Assembly: GCA_050084515.1 (NCBI GenBank)
Contig: CM114271.1
Location: 14,756,001 to 14,820,000 of the forward strand
DNA: 64,000 nt
Source: Blasia pusilla
Taxonomy: Eukaryota
Direction of reading: 5' to 3'
Of this stretch, positions 11,401 through 22,216 are shown piece after piece (the stretch's first letter is position 1; each line of letters starts with the position of its first letter). The notes under the pieces were generated by a model. The model was given only the letters and a program-made list of their open reading frames with translations. It had not been told where the DNA came from and did no database searches. Position numbers and translations under genes: made by a program.

Positions 11401-12328
11401 GGAAGTTCGCAACATCCTGTCACTGGGGTGGTTCAACAATATGGGATTCCGATAATGGAGGTGGATTGCAACCTAAAACGGTGGCTAAAACGGTGGCATA
11501 TATCTCGGAGCAACCCAGGACGTGGACCCACATGCGGGGTAGGATCTGATGGCATTAGGAGAGCATGCGGCACTTTCCTAAATAAGAATCAGACAAGGAT
11601 GGACGACCTCTGCACTGGTTTTGGGGACTCAAAACCTTTGATTGTTTCACGAGGACCAGGGGATCAATTGAAGTACTTCTTCTGCCCAAATGAATCTTGC
11701 GCTTTCTGGAAGTCTTATCCGGCTGCTATTGGAGCTCCCGGGAATACCCCCACGATTTGGCCCATTGCCGCACGCACGAACTACACTCAAGACGAAGTGG
11801 ACAATCTTACAAGTGCCGGTTTCAGACTCGTAGACGGGGGAAGTTTGGAGCATGTTCAGACGAGAGACCTTCGTGATTTCAGTATTCAACCCAAGATTGA
11901 TATCAACATGTACCCGGAGAAGGTGGATGATCTCAATCCATTATTTTTGTTTGAGTCTAGAAATGGGGTGAAGAGAAACAGAATGTGCAGGCCAACGGTG
12001 GAGAGAGCAAAGCGAATTGCAGAAAATGGAGATCATCACCACAAAAGATGTCTTGAGTGGCAATGGAATAGGAAGGATGTATTGGGTCAGGAACAACACT
12101 GTAAATTCAAGTGTCACAGGGGTGTATATGGTGCACATCTGTTGCTTTCCCACATGTTCATGTGATGACTTTGTCCAAAGAGAGACAAGTGGCAAAAGGT
12201 ATTTCCCTTGTAAGCACATGTACTATGTGTTGCTGGTAGTTTTAAGAGAGTCGGAGGTAGGAGTAGAAATCCACCAACCAATTCTGTCCCTCAAAGAAGT
12301 TTGAAGTATTTTAAACAAACCACTTTGA
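8484..12328 (+). pseudogene. MULE-type DDE transposase with N-terminal GCM/WRKY-like zinc domain and C-terminal SWIM finger (frameshifted)
   Basis: GCM-like RRQCVGALECRSPAC...CPHC...CPAY...HTHP (9200-9480). DDE core WVSFD...GFMADNA...DAFHWPQS (9695-10450). Intron 10455-10825. PNTSGAQSVHSSW. SWIM PTCSCDDF...FPCKHMYYVL (12150-12235). TATAAA at 8426. Start codon uncertain. Confidence 0.8.
10562..10770. repeat. Palindrome array inside the transposase intron (~5 units)
   Basis: TGCAACCCGACGGAAACCGACGGGTTGCA at 10631 plus variants at ~10565, 10596, 10686 and 10741. Confidence 0.85.
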
Positions 12329-12711
12329 GGATGCAAAATGAGGTTTTAGATTGTACTTTTATTTTTTTCTCAACCTTCACTTTGAGCTTGAACTCTATTC
12401 AGCCCCGGGAAAATGACAGATTTTTCCCAGACCTTGGATAGAAAAAGTGATTGGTTCCACACTTATGATTCCACTAATTTTTCAGTTTTCTAAATTTTGT
12501 GCAATTCGCAACTCGTCGGACTCAGAGGGGTTGCCAAAATATGGAAGAGGAAAAAAAAACTGTGGGACTGCTTAATATATGAACAAATAAGTGCAAAAAA
12601 TTTCAAACAAAATTTTCCTCTCTTCAACCCAACGGAAACTCTCTTCAATAAAAAGTATCTATTTCGGTTGACCCTAGTTTCCTCTCTCCTCTCTTCCTCT
12701 CCTCTTACCGC

Positions 12712-15202
12712 ACCTCCTCTACCTCCTCATGCACAGGAGAATCCATAGTAGAAACATTACCCTCCAAAAAGTCTCTTGGCCAAGTGACTACTCCACTAAA
12801 ACCAGCCACAGATGCTAACACCGTTGGGGAAAACCCTCCTGATCGAGCCCCATAAATAAATCTCACAGGAACTTGGCTCAGACGTCCATACCCGGATTGC
12901 CAACCAGGTCTATAAGACGTTGTCTCAGTCCAGTAATCCATCTAAAAACCCATCGGGTACAATACTTCTCCTCCAACTAGTACATCCTACGACTCGGCTG
13001 ATGTGACCACTGCAGGTACTCCCAACCGGGAGCTATCAGTCGCATGATCTGGTCTCAACTGTACAGAAAAGTTCTCCCGTGTCATGAATTGAGACCTATC
13101 ATTGGCTCCTCCAAGTGATGTTTGAATCTGGAATGGGCAAGGCTCAAGCTCTGACCTCCGAATATCCAAACCAATACATGCCGCCTTTCCCAACATCAAA
13201 GGTTGGGCACCAGAGTCTAACAAGACTCTATCTGGTCTATACACCTGTCTTGTAGGACTCACCAATCGGAATATCCCACTCTGGTTGTCCAACATACATA
13301 CACCAAGTGTAAGCCTCTCACGATCAATGGCTGGCCGGGCTGGTAATGCATCCATCTTCGCCGCTGCTGCATGCCAAGTAGCACTGGTACTCAATGCTAC
13401 ACCTGACATAAAGGGTCGCTCCACCGCAACACCCTCATCCACCTCAGCACCTGTAGCAGTAACACCCCTACGTTCACACAACGTGGCTACTAGCTGAAAT
13501 ACATGAGCTAAGTCAACTCCTAAAGCCACCAGCTCCGTGGCCGAAAACAATTGGGATCCCAACACTGAAGTTGCCACCCGCAATACTACACTGAATGCTG
13601 CATCCGTGTCTACTACACGCGATGTAGATGCCTTAGTCCCCACTGTCTGCTCAATAGGTTGCGTAGGAACCATGGATGGAGTCCTAAGCACCTCAGACAA
13701 CAAGAATGACTGGGGAAGCCTAGCCTGCCTCCCAACCTCACCCCTCTGTGGGTCCAACTCCACAGTAGCACCACGTGGCTCTGACGCTCGAGTGGCTCCT
13801 CTCGTAACCGCAGCTGATGCCTCAACCTGTGGTAGGAGTAGCCACCGTAGGCTCTCCAACCACTGATCCACCTCTATCACCCCTACTACCTCTACCACCT
13901 CGGCCTCTCGGAGCTACTCCACCATCGCCGCGGCCTGCTCTCAACTCTGGATGAAGATCAAAGCAACGCTCTCGAGGATGACTTGGTCTCCCGCAATGAT
14001 CACACTGAGTTGGGGCCGACTGAGGCCCATCCTCCAAAGTCCGTCTCCCATCCTCTTGGGGACAAAACCTCCTAACATGATCACCTCCACATGTCCAACA
14101 TGATTGTCCTTGCTGCGGGGCAGCAAATGAAGGCAATGGTCTCTACGCAAGTGTCCCTCTAGGACTTGACTAAGGTCGTGTGTACCCCCCATGACTCCCA
14201 CTACTACTACCACCACCACTACTATGAGACTGTGAGGTGGGCTACTAAACACGAGAAGTAGTAGTTGTATCCCTACTGAATGCGGATGTCACTACTCTCA
14301 CCTTCACCATGTTAAGCTCAATCTTCTCAGATAGAGAAAACACATGGGTCAATGTGGGTGAATCATCACTCATAAGAGTAGCATCATGTACGGCGCAACT
14401 CTATGTCCAAGATCCCATACCAAAACTGGGCTGCTTGAGCCTCAGTCATACCCTGGGTAACAGAAATCAAGCGTCCCATACGAATGTATGCCTCACAAAG
14501 ACTCTCACCAGTCTTTCGCTCAAATTCTTGAAGACTCCTCAACTTCTCTGTCTTCACTCCCTGATAGTTCTTCTTCAACCTCTTGAAGAACTCTACAATC
14601 AGGCTGAACGATGGTGGGACACTAGTACCCCCACTGGTACCTCCATGGATACCTCCACTGGTACCCCCACTCCGGCTTGTACTTGTACCACTCAACTTTG
14701 GGTTGGCTGGCATAATAGGAGCACTACTACCAATACCACCATGGGTGATAGACACATAGCCTAGAGACCAATATTGTCTCCACGCCTCAATCTCAGCAAC
14801 ATGGTCCTTCCTAAACTCATGGTAATCATCCATGGGTGGTCCCTCCAAGTGCTGAAACAACCCCTTCCAAGCCAAGAAGGGTGTAAACAACGTGGCGTTT
14901 CGCAACATCTGCATATCACACCACGTATCAAACTCCTGCATGAAGTCCTCCAACTCAATGGTGCCCACTGCACCCGAGTATCGTCGTGGGCCCTTCATGG
15001 CCCCATATATCCCGTCCATATCTCAAATCAATGGAGCTACAACACTCGATAACAACGTAGAAGACTCGGTGTTTGGAACACCCTCGTCCTCCTCTTCATC
15101 AATCGTCGGAAGTGGACAAGGTAGCCGATACCTCAATCCACTCCGTGTAAAATCACCACTGTCTGCACCACGGTCTCCAACCAGACCACCAGACAGCTCC
15201 AT
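12712..15202 (-). mobile_element. 5' half (gag, two zinc knuckles, protease) of the DNMT-carrying Gypsy split by the DNA transposon
   Basis: Gag 15019..14384. CWTCGGDHVRRFC and CDHCGRPSHPRERC. Protease VLLDSGAQ (~13220). Homologous to 60900-63300. Confidence 0.85.
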
Positions 15203-16498
15203 TGAGCCCTCTAGTTCTAGCAAGAAGCTTTGTAAGACTAATTTTCCAATGCCATTCACAGGAATGGGGCGTTCTCGGAAAGTGAGCGAGTTTCTAACGG
15301 AACTCGAACTTTATTTCGAAGCGCAAAGGCAAAAAACAAGACAAAGTGATTGTAGCGGTCACGTTTCTGAAGGATCACGCTCTCCATTGGTGGACGGCTC
15401 ACCGTAAAGAACATCTAGGTCGTGGGAAAACGTTGAGTTGGGAAGATTTCAAGGAGTTGATTGGGAACCGATTCACTCCGGAATATCAAGAGTATCGCGA
15501 TGGCATGGAGGTGGTGAGGTTGCGCCAGAGTGGATCACTTGGCGCTTATGTGTGAGAGTTTAGTGCGCTCATGAGTGCACTTTCCACGGATGAACATACA
15601 AAAAAGGTGATCTTCCTAAGTGGGCTCAAACCGAGTGCCGAAAAGGCCTCTTTTCGATGCCTCACATCCCCAGACGGCGGATCTTTTGAGACTAGCAGAG
15701 CGGATTGGGGACGATGAAGTCCAACACCCGAAGCCCTTTGAGACAACAAGTTTTTCTAAGTTACCGAAGAACAAAGGGACATCCAAGAGGGTTTGGAATG
15801 GGGGTGAACGCGACCACGTAGGGTCTCTTGCCCCAGCAGCGAAACGAGTGGAACTCAACGCGAAGCCAAAGGGGCCACTGTTTACGAAGTCAACGAATGC
15901 CAAAGTGATTTGCTACAATTGTGGCGAACCCGGACATATGGCTAAGGAATGTGTTAGGCCCAAGGTTAATAAACCGAGTATGATTGCGTTTGCCGCTAAG
16001 CATTTATCGGAGGGAGATCTAGATACATCTCTACAAGTCACCAAGAGAACGCCCAATTTGGTTTACCTAGGATCCAGGATCGCTAATCACGATGTGATGT
16101 TGCTCGTTGATACAGGTGCTTCGCACTCATTCTTGAGTCCGAGAATCGTGAAAATGTTGGGATTACCAACCACCAAGGCGGATGAACCCATTAGGGTAGG
16201 ATTTGCGGGAGGCAAGTCACCAGACTTCAGATCTGGTTTTAGGGCTAGTTGTGAGATGCGGAGTATTTGAGTTGAAGGAGAATTTTACAGTTTGCGACAT
16301 GGACGGTATCGACGGAGTCTTGGGGAACACGTTCTTGGATGCGTATGAGGTGGAACTGAGGCAAAGACCTTTGAGGTTGAGTGTCTTAGTTAACGGCAAA
16401 TGGACGGACGTCAGATTGGTTAGTGAGGTGCCTAGGAAGACGGAGTTGGTGAACGCCATCATGAGGAAGAGTTTGGCCGAGTTAGAGGAAGGATTCCT

Positions 16499-19210
16499 TT
16501 GCTTGATGAGACGAGTAGAGGATTATGCAAGCGCGAGATGCAGAGATCAGAACTCAGCTTCAAGGGGAATCCTGAAACACTCAAAAGAGTTGTGAAAGAA
16601 TTTGGAGATGTGTTGACTAAGGAGCTTCCGACTAAGTTGCCACCACATAGGGCGGTTGATCATAAGATTGAGGTGATATCAGGATCTCAACCACCGTCAA
16701 AAGCACCATATAGGTTGAATCAAGAGGAACTTGCTGAGTTGAAGAAACAGTTGGGTGAACTCCTAGAGAGGGGTTACATCCGAACAAGCAAGTCACCTTA
16801 TGGGGCGCCCGTCCTCTTTGTAAAGAAGAAGGATGGGAAGTTGAGACTCTGTGTTGATTATCGGGCGCTGAATAAAGTGACGGTAAGGAATAACTATCCT
16901 CTACCAAGGATGGATGACCTCTTTGATCGATTTTCGGGTGCCAAGTATTTCAGCCGGATTGACCTGAAATCAGGATATTATCAAATTCGGATTGCCGAAG
17001 CGGATGTGGAGAAGACTGCGTGTAGAACGAGATACGGTTCGTTCGAGTTTGTAGTGATGCCTTTCGGTCTTTGTAATGCGCCTCCGACGTTTACCACTTT
17101 GATGAACTCCATCTTTCATAAGGAGACGGATGAGTTTGTGATCATCTATATAGATGACATACTCATCTATTCGAAAACACTAGAGGAGCACGCTCGACAT
17201 TTAAGGACGGTGTTTGAGAAACTTAGGGTGAACAAGCTGTATGCGAATACGGATAAGAGTGAGTTCGGTTTGACAAAGATCAAGTTCTTGGGGCATGTGG
17301 TTAGTGCGGATGGAGTGAGTCCAGACATGGAGAAGGTAAGCGCGATTTCTGAATGGGAACTGCCTTCCACCGTGAAGGGGATGAGAAGGTTCATCAGAGC
17401 AATCCAATTTTACCGGACATATATGAAGAACTTTTCGGGAATAGTGAAACCTCTCACAGATTGGACCGCAAAGTTTGCCAATACTACATGGACCGAGGAA
17501 GTGGATAAAGCGTTCAATCGAGTCAAAGAGATCCTCTTGCAGGAACCAGTTCTGAAATTGCCCGAGTTTGACCAACCGTTCAAAGTGCACACGGATGTTG
17601 GTGATTTCGCGATTGCGGGAATGTTGGTGCAAAAAGGGAGACCTATAGCATACAAAAGCAAGAAGCTTAGCGACACCGAAAGGAGATGGCCTACTCATGA
17701 GAAAGAGTTGTTTGCGGTGGTTCATTGCTTGAGGAAGTGGCGTCACTATCTGGGACTTCACAGGACTCGAGTATTCACCGATAACATATCGCTCAAGTAT
17801 TTTGAGACCCAGGATCGCGTGAGGCCAAAAAAACTTTGGTGGCATGATACCTTGGCGTTGAGGAATGTGGAGCTAATCCACAAGCCGGGGAAAGACAATG
17901 TCATTCCAGATGCGTTAAGTCGCAGGGATGAGCACATGCCATCGACGACACAAGTGTTGAGAGCAATGTTCCCTAATGAAACAGACCTGGAAAGAAGGAT
18001 TCGTGAAGGATACATGAAGGATGCGCAAGCGAGGGAGTACCTTGGGAAGTTAAAGCGGGGCGAGAAGGTGGCCAATCTGAGTTTGAGACATGGCTTGCTA
18101 AATTTTAAGCAGAGCAGGATCTATGTAGGCCAAGGCAAGCTATGGACCAAGGTGTTTGTGGAATGTCATGATGGACCTTTGGCGGGACACAAAGGGGAGA
18201 AATCCACTCTTGCTGTTTTGACCAAAAGGTTCTTCTGGCCCAACATGAAGGAAGATGTTGCTCAATATGTGAAGACGTGCGTGACCTATCAGGCGAACCG
18301 CGTTTCTTATGCGAAGAAACAAGGCTTACTTCATCCTTTGCCAATCCCGGAGGGACCCTTGCAAATCATTAGCATGGATTTTATTACGAGTCTTCCGGAA
18401 TCTGAGGGATACAACGCTATACTTGTGATAGTTGATCGATTTAGCAAGTTGGGGAGGTTTGTGCCGATGAGAGAGTCTGCGACGGCCTACACGACTTCCC
18501 GACTATTCCTGGATGGTTGGTGGCGAGCGCACGGATTGCCTAGGAGCATTGTGTCCGATCGAGATCTCAAGTTTACCAGTGCCTTTTGGAAACATCTATT
18601 CAGGAGGTTCCGGACCAAACTCAGCTTTAGTACGGCCTTCCATCCTCAAACGGATGGGCAAACGGAAAAAGTAAACTTGGTTGTAAACCAATACTTACGG
18701 AATAACGTGAGTGCGGACCAAAGAGATTGGGCCAAGTGGTTAAGTATGGCTGAGTATTGTTACAACTCAACTAAGCATTCTGCAACCGAAGAATCTCCAT
18801 TTCTTCTGGCGTATCAAAGGGAACCAGAAGGGCCTCTTGACTTAGCTCTTTCGAAGGGCGCTACATTGACACACACTTGTCAAGCAACGGCGGAATGTTT
18901 GGAGCTGCCAAACAAGTTCAAGATTCACCCGACTTTCCATGTGTCATTATTGAAGAAGTATCTTCAAGACAATGTGCGTCCGGAGCGAAGGAGGATGTTG
19001 AGACCACAACCGGTCATCAGAAATGAGGAACCAGAGTTCGAGGTTGAGACCATTCTACGTTCTAGACGTAGAGCCACCAAGTACGAGTACTTGGTCAAGT
19101 GGAAAGGCTATCATGTGAAAGAGGCAACTTGGATTGCGGAGGCGGATCTTGAACATGCACAAGAAGCATTACGTGACTTCAGATGGATGCAAGAAAGGCA
19201 CATGCGTTAG
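16499..19210 (+). CDS. Gypsy pol: RT, RNase H, integrase, chromodomain
   Basis: LCVDYRALN, MPFGL, YIDD. Integrase SMDFIT, IVSDRD, HPQTDGQTE. Chromodomain FEVETIL...YLVKWKGY...ATW. Apparent deletion of the GPY/F region near 18890. Confidence 0.95.
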   Translation: MLDETSRGLCKREMQRSELSFKGNPETLKRVVKEFGDVLTKELPTKLPPHRAVDHKIEVISGSQPPSKAPYRLNQEELAELKKQLGELLERGYIRTSKSPYGAPVLFVKKKDGKLRLCVDYRALNKVTVRNNYPLPRMDDLFDRFSGAKYFSRIDLKSGYYQIRIAEADVEKTACRTRYGSFEFVVMPFGLCNAPPTFTTLMNSIFHKETDEFVIIYIDDILIYSKTLEEHARHLRTVFEKLRVNKLYANTDKSEFGLTKIKFLGHVVSADGVSPDMEKVSAISEWELPSTVKGMRRFIRAIQFYRTYMKNFSGIVKPLTDWTAKFANTTWTEEVDKAFNRVKEILLQEPVLKLPEFDQPFKVHTDVGDFAIAGMLVQKGRPIAYKSKKLSDTERRWPTHEKELFAVVHCLRKWRHYLGLHRTRVFTDNISLKYFETQDRVRPKKLWWHDTLALRNVELIHKPGKDNVIPDALSRRDEHMPSTTQVLRAMFPNETDLERRIREGYMKDAQAREYLGKLKRGEKVANLSLRHGLLNFKQSRIYVGQGKLWTKVFVECHDGPLAGHKGEKSTLAVLTKRFFWPNMKEDVAQYVKTCVTYQANRVSYAKKQGLLHPLPIPEGPLQIISMDFITSLPESEGYNAILVIVDRFSKLGRFVPMRESATAYTTSRLFLDGWWRAHGLPRSIVSDRDLKFTSAFWKHLFRRFRTKLSFSTAFHPQTDGQTEKVNLVVNQYLRNNVSADQRDWAKWLSMAEYCYNSTKHSATEESPFLLAYQREPEGPLDLALSKGATLTHTCQATAECLELPNKFKIHPTFHVSLLKKYLQDNVRPERRRMLRPQPVIRNEEPEFEVETILRSRRRATKYEYLVKWKGYHVKEATWIAEADLEHAQEALRDFRWMQERHMR

Positions 19211-21272
19211 TACATGGTGAAGCAATGGACATAACTTGTGACCGGAAAGCTTGGGCCAATAACCCGTTGTAACTAAAAATGTTTAGTTGTTGCAATAAAG
19301 AAGACATGGATTTGGAGATTCGATGCTTGAATTGTAATATTGAGTTTGGTTTGTGCAAGGCAATGAGTAGTTCTTCATATGCTTAGGATGTAAGTCAAGG
19401 AGACCAAACAATGAGTATTTGAGGTGAGAGCTTGTATTCAAATAAGGCATCTAGATCTGGACCAAGTGTTGAAGTACTAGCATTTGGGCTCGCCCTAATG
19501 TCGGCGGGGCAGATGAGTCTGTCTTGGGGTTTGTGGAGATCTCATTCATGTTGCATGACTGAACTTAGTGACGCGCCTAGATGGAGTACAAGTGACCCAA
19601 AAATAGTACGAGTTGGCTAGGTAGACAGGCGGTTGTTTACAAATAGTGAGTGAAGTGTTAGGTTGCAGACTTAGTGAGCTTATTTTGATAGTTAGATTAG
19701 TTCAGCAGAACTAGTCTAGGCTCATCGGAAAGAAGAAGCTAATAAGTCTAAGTGCTGCAAGCGACAACCTAAGACTTAAGCCAAAAAGAGGAATTGCGGA
19801 TTAGCTACTAGAACGCGATTCAGTGTTAAGGGTCGGCTTCCCAGAACTTAACATTAATAAGGTTTGCGTTGATGAGGACATCAACCTTGTAAGGAGGGGT
19901 GAGTGTCGCGACCCTCATAACCAAACAACACCAAATAGGCGCCAAGCGAAACATCAGAACTCAAAGGAACTCATGTTGCGAGGTTTGCGCTTTGGAGAGG
20001 CGTTTGGAAGAGTCTCTTGGAAAAGTCTAAGAGACGAAACGCGGAACAGAGTTGTGCGTTTCATGCGTTAGTGGTCGCGACCAGGAAACCTAGACCAAAC
20101 GCGAGCCAAGACTTGAGATGAGTTGAGTCTTGGGAGGTTGGTTGCCAAAGAGGTGAGAACCAGTTTGGAACACGACTAGCGTTTGGGAGAATCTGACTGT
20201 GTTTAGGACCATAACGTTGAGCTCCAAGATGTGTTCAAGACAAGTAAGGGCGCGTTGGAAAACTGATCTTAAGACGCTTTCAACGCAACAAAGATCTCAG
20301 AAAAATCATAAGTACAGGCTGAGATATTGGCCGAAAACGATTGAGAGAGCAATCGAGTTGAGGGCCAATTGGAGAGGCCCGGGTGTCTTTCCCTAAATGT
20401 AGGGGCCCCCCAAAGATCCCCAAAAGTACTAGCAAGAGAGGACCTTCTCCGAGATATCTCAGGAAACAAATCCCCACTTTGGGCGCCAAACGACGTTTCA
20501 GAGGCATAGGATGGAACGGTGTCGTATAGTAAAATCAACCAGTGTGTAAACTCCTTCGTCATTAAGTGTTAGATAGAGTTTCATTAGTATTAAGTAAATT
20601 GGCTTAGAAAAAGGAGATTCTTTTGTTTAAACCTCTTTATGGTGCCTCTTTTATGCGGGCCCAACTTTAGGAAAAGGAGGTAATAAATAAAAGATGACTT
20701 TATAAAAGTAAAGTAGTTGCTTTAATGAAAAGCAAAAGTAGTCTTGGTTGGTGGCTAGGTTAGTTGGGGTAATTTGGAAAATATCAAGTGGGTAAAAGAG
20801 GAGATTTTGGAAGAGATAAGAGGAAATCTACTTGTGTCAAAATGTGATTGGCTAAGCCTTGAGAGGAAGCCATATGGCACAAGATAAGATAAGCTCTATT
20901 TCGTACTCTTGTGGATCCCTTGTGAGTATATAAAGAGGAGGGACCTTCAAGGGTTCATCACTTTCTATTCCACATCTTGAGTCTCTCGTGTCTCTCTTGA
21001 GTGTATGGCTTTGGGATTGCTTGCTCTTCCAATGAGAGTGGATCACCCCTCTTGGGAGAGTAACTTGACCATGGTCTATTGTTCGAGAGATTTCTAGAGT
21101 GGTGTGTGTGTGTGGGGGGGGATGAGAGGTTTGTCACCGTAGAGGAGTTTAGTCATACTAAAATAGCGGATGTTTTGGCTTGTTACTTCCCCAATGAGAG
21201 TGGATTATCCCTCTTGGGAGAATAACTTCGCCAAAACCCATTCCTGAGGAGAGTAGAGAATGTCTGTCAAGC

Positions 21273-21494
21273 ATGGATAGGGGTGCACGAGCTGGAGCTG
21301 TGCCCGACTTTCCTTTCCTCAATCCTTACCATGTCAAGGTACTCTTTGTAGATAGGCACTGGTTTACTCGTTATTTAGTTTATCACTTTGGGGAGGCGTT
21401 CATGAACCAGGTCATGCAATCTCCAACTCCGGTGATTCTTCCTATTGTCACATATAGAAGGACATGGGATTGTACTTTGTATGTCCTTATATAG
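21273..21494 (+). CDS. LTR-encoded micro-ORF A (73 aa)
   Basis: ATG-initiated. Conserved in the second LTR copy (42709..42458, with a 3' frameshift). Similar to ORF B. Confidence 0.45.
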   Translation: MDRGARAGAVPDFPFLNPYHVKVLFVDRHWFTRYLVYHFGEAFMNQVMQSPTPVILPIVTYRRTWDCTLYVLI

Positions 21495-21500
21495 CGATCC

Positions 21501-21701
21501 ATGGATGTCAATAGGCCTGCTCAAGTAGGGTTTAACTCTAGTTATGCTATCTTCCTCGTGTACAAGCGTAAAATAGTTTATAGGGATTTTATAGTTAGGA
21601 ATTTTGGGGTCCGATGTTACGAAGAAGTGATCGCCTCAGCACTTCCATTTGTGATACCTGTCGTGAGAGAATGGAGAGTGTACATCATAATTTTGTATTG
21701 A
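21501..21701 (+). CDS. LTR-encoded micro-ORF B (66 aa)
   Basis: ATG-initiated. Same length and intact in the second copy (42485..42285). Confidence 0.5.
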   Translation: MDVNRPAQVGFNSSYAIFLVYKRKIVYRDFIVRNFGVRCYEEVIASALPFVIPVVREWRVYIIILY

Positions 21702-22216
21702 AAAAGGAGAACTTATTAGAGAGTTCACCTTGCATCGACCGCATCTACCGCAGCTAGAAGGCCCGCCCTTGCTCGAAGAAAGACTCTCGACACGACAACG
21801 GGAGTTTGGCGCGGAAACCCGAAACCCAAACCTGATCCAAGGGAGTGGACTTTGTACGCCACACTTGGATCCCAACCTGAGATTCACTTCGTGCGAGTCT
21901 TGGTGAGGAACTCATTGGATGTCCATCGGACAGTTGGAACCGCTAGGCTCGAAACGCCGTTTCAGGTTCCTGAACCGACCAAAAAGTTTGTCCCAAGTCT
22001 TTCGAGATTTGCCAGTGTTGTAAACCGTGAAACTAGGAAGGTTGAGCTTGATGAGAGTCCGAGACAAGAACTCGGAAAATAATCCCGCTGATTGATCCAA
22101 GACCCGACTATCCGAAGTGCGTGTTTGGATGCAGATCAACATTGAGAGCGTGACCTACTGAACGCACGCTTCCGCAACAAACAAGATTAACGTTCAAGGA
22201 GAGTAGGCGCATGACA

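Larger units (their letters stand above)
398..12711. mobile_element. 12.3-kb Mutator-like (MULE/SWIM) DNA transposon with ParB-methyltransferase cargo and palindrome arrays
   Basis: Flanked by the exact direct repeat ACCTCCTCTACCTCC (383-397, 12712-12726). Removing it restores host reading frame SPVHEEVEEVPSFA. The same ends recur at 51246 (left) and 61599/61936. Confidence 0.9.
20520..21797 (+). mobile_element. Solo LTR (1278 bp) nested in the chromovirus LTR
   Basis: TGTCGTA...CACGACA, 4-bp TSD ACGG, TATA-like TATATAAA near 20927. Second copy at 42189-43458. Confidence 0.9.
15220..22216 (+). mobile_element. 5'-truncated Ty3/Gypsy chromovirus with 3' LTR
   Basis: Gag (FLTELELYFE, CYNCGEPGHMAKEC), protease LVDTGA, pol. 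PPT AAGGAGGGGTGAG at 19891-19903. LTR TGTCGCG(19904)...CATGACA(22216). Confidence 0.9.

Noticed and set aside
398-12711. Helitron/Helentron or Replitron interpretation (asymmetric ends, hairpins)
   Set aside because: No HUH Rep or helicase motifs seen. A DDE/SWIM transposase and a TSD are present.
17167-18344. Antisense ORFs within Gypsy pol (and similar ones in the Copia elements)
   Set aside because: Shadow frames of pol with no independent motifs.
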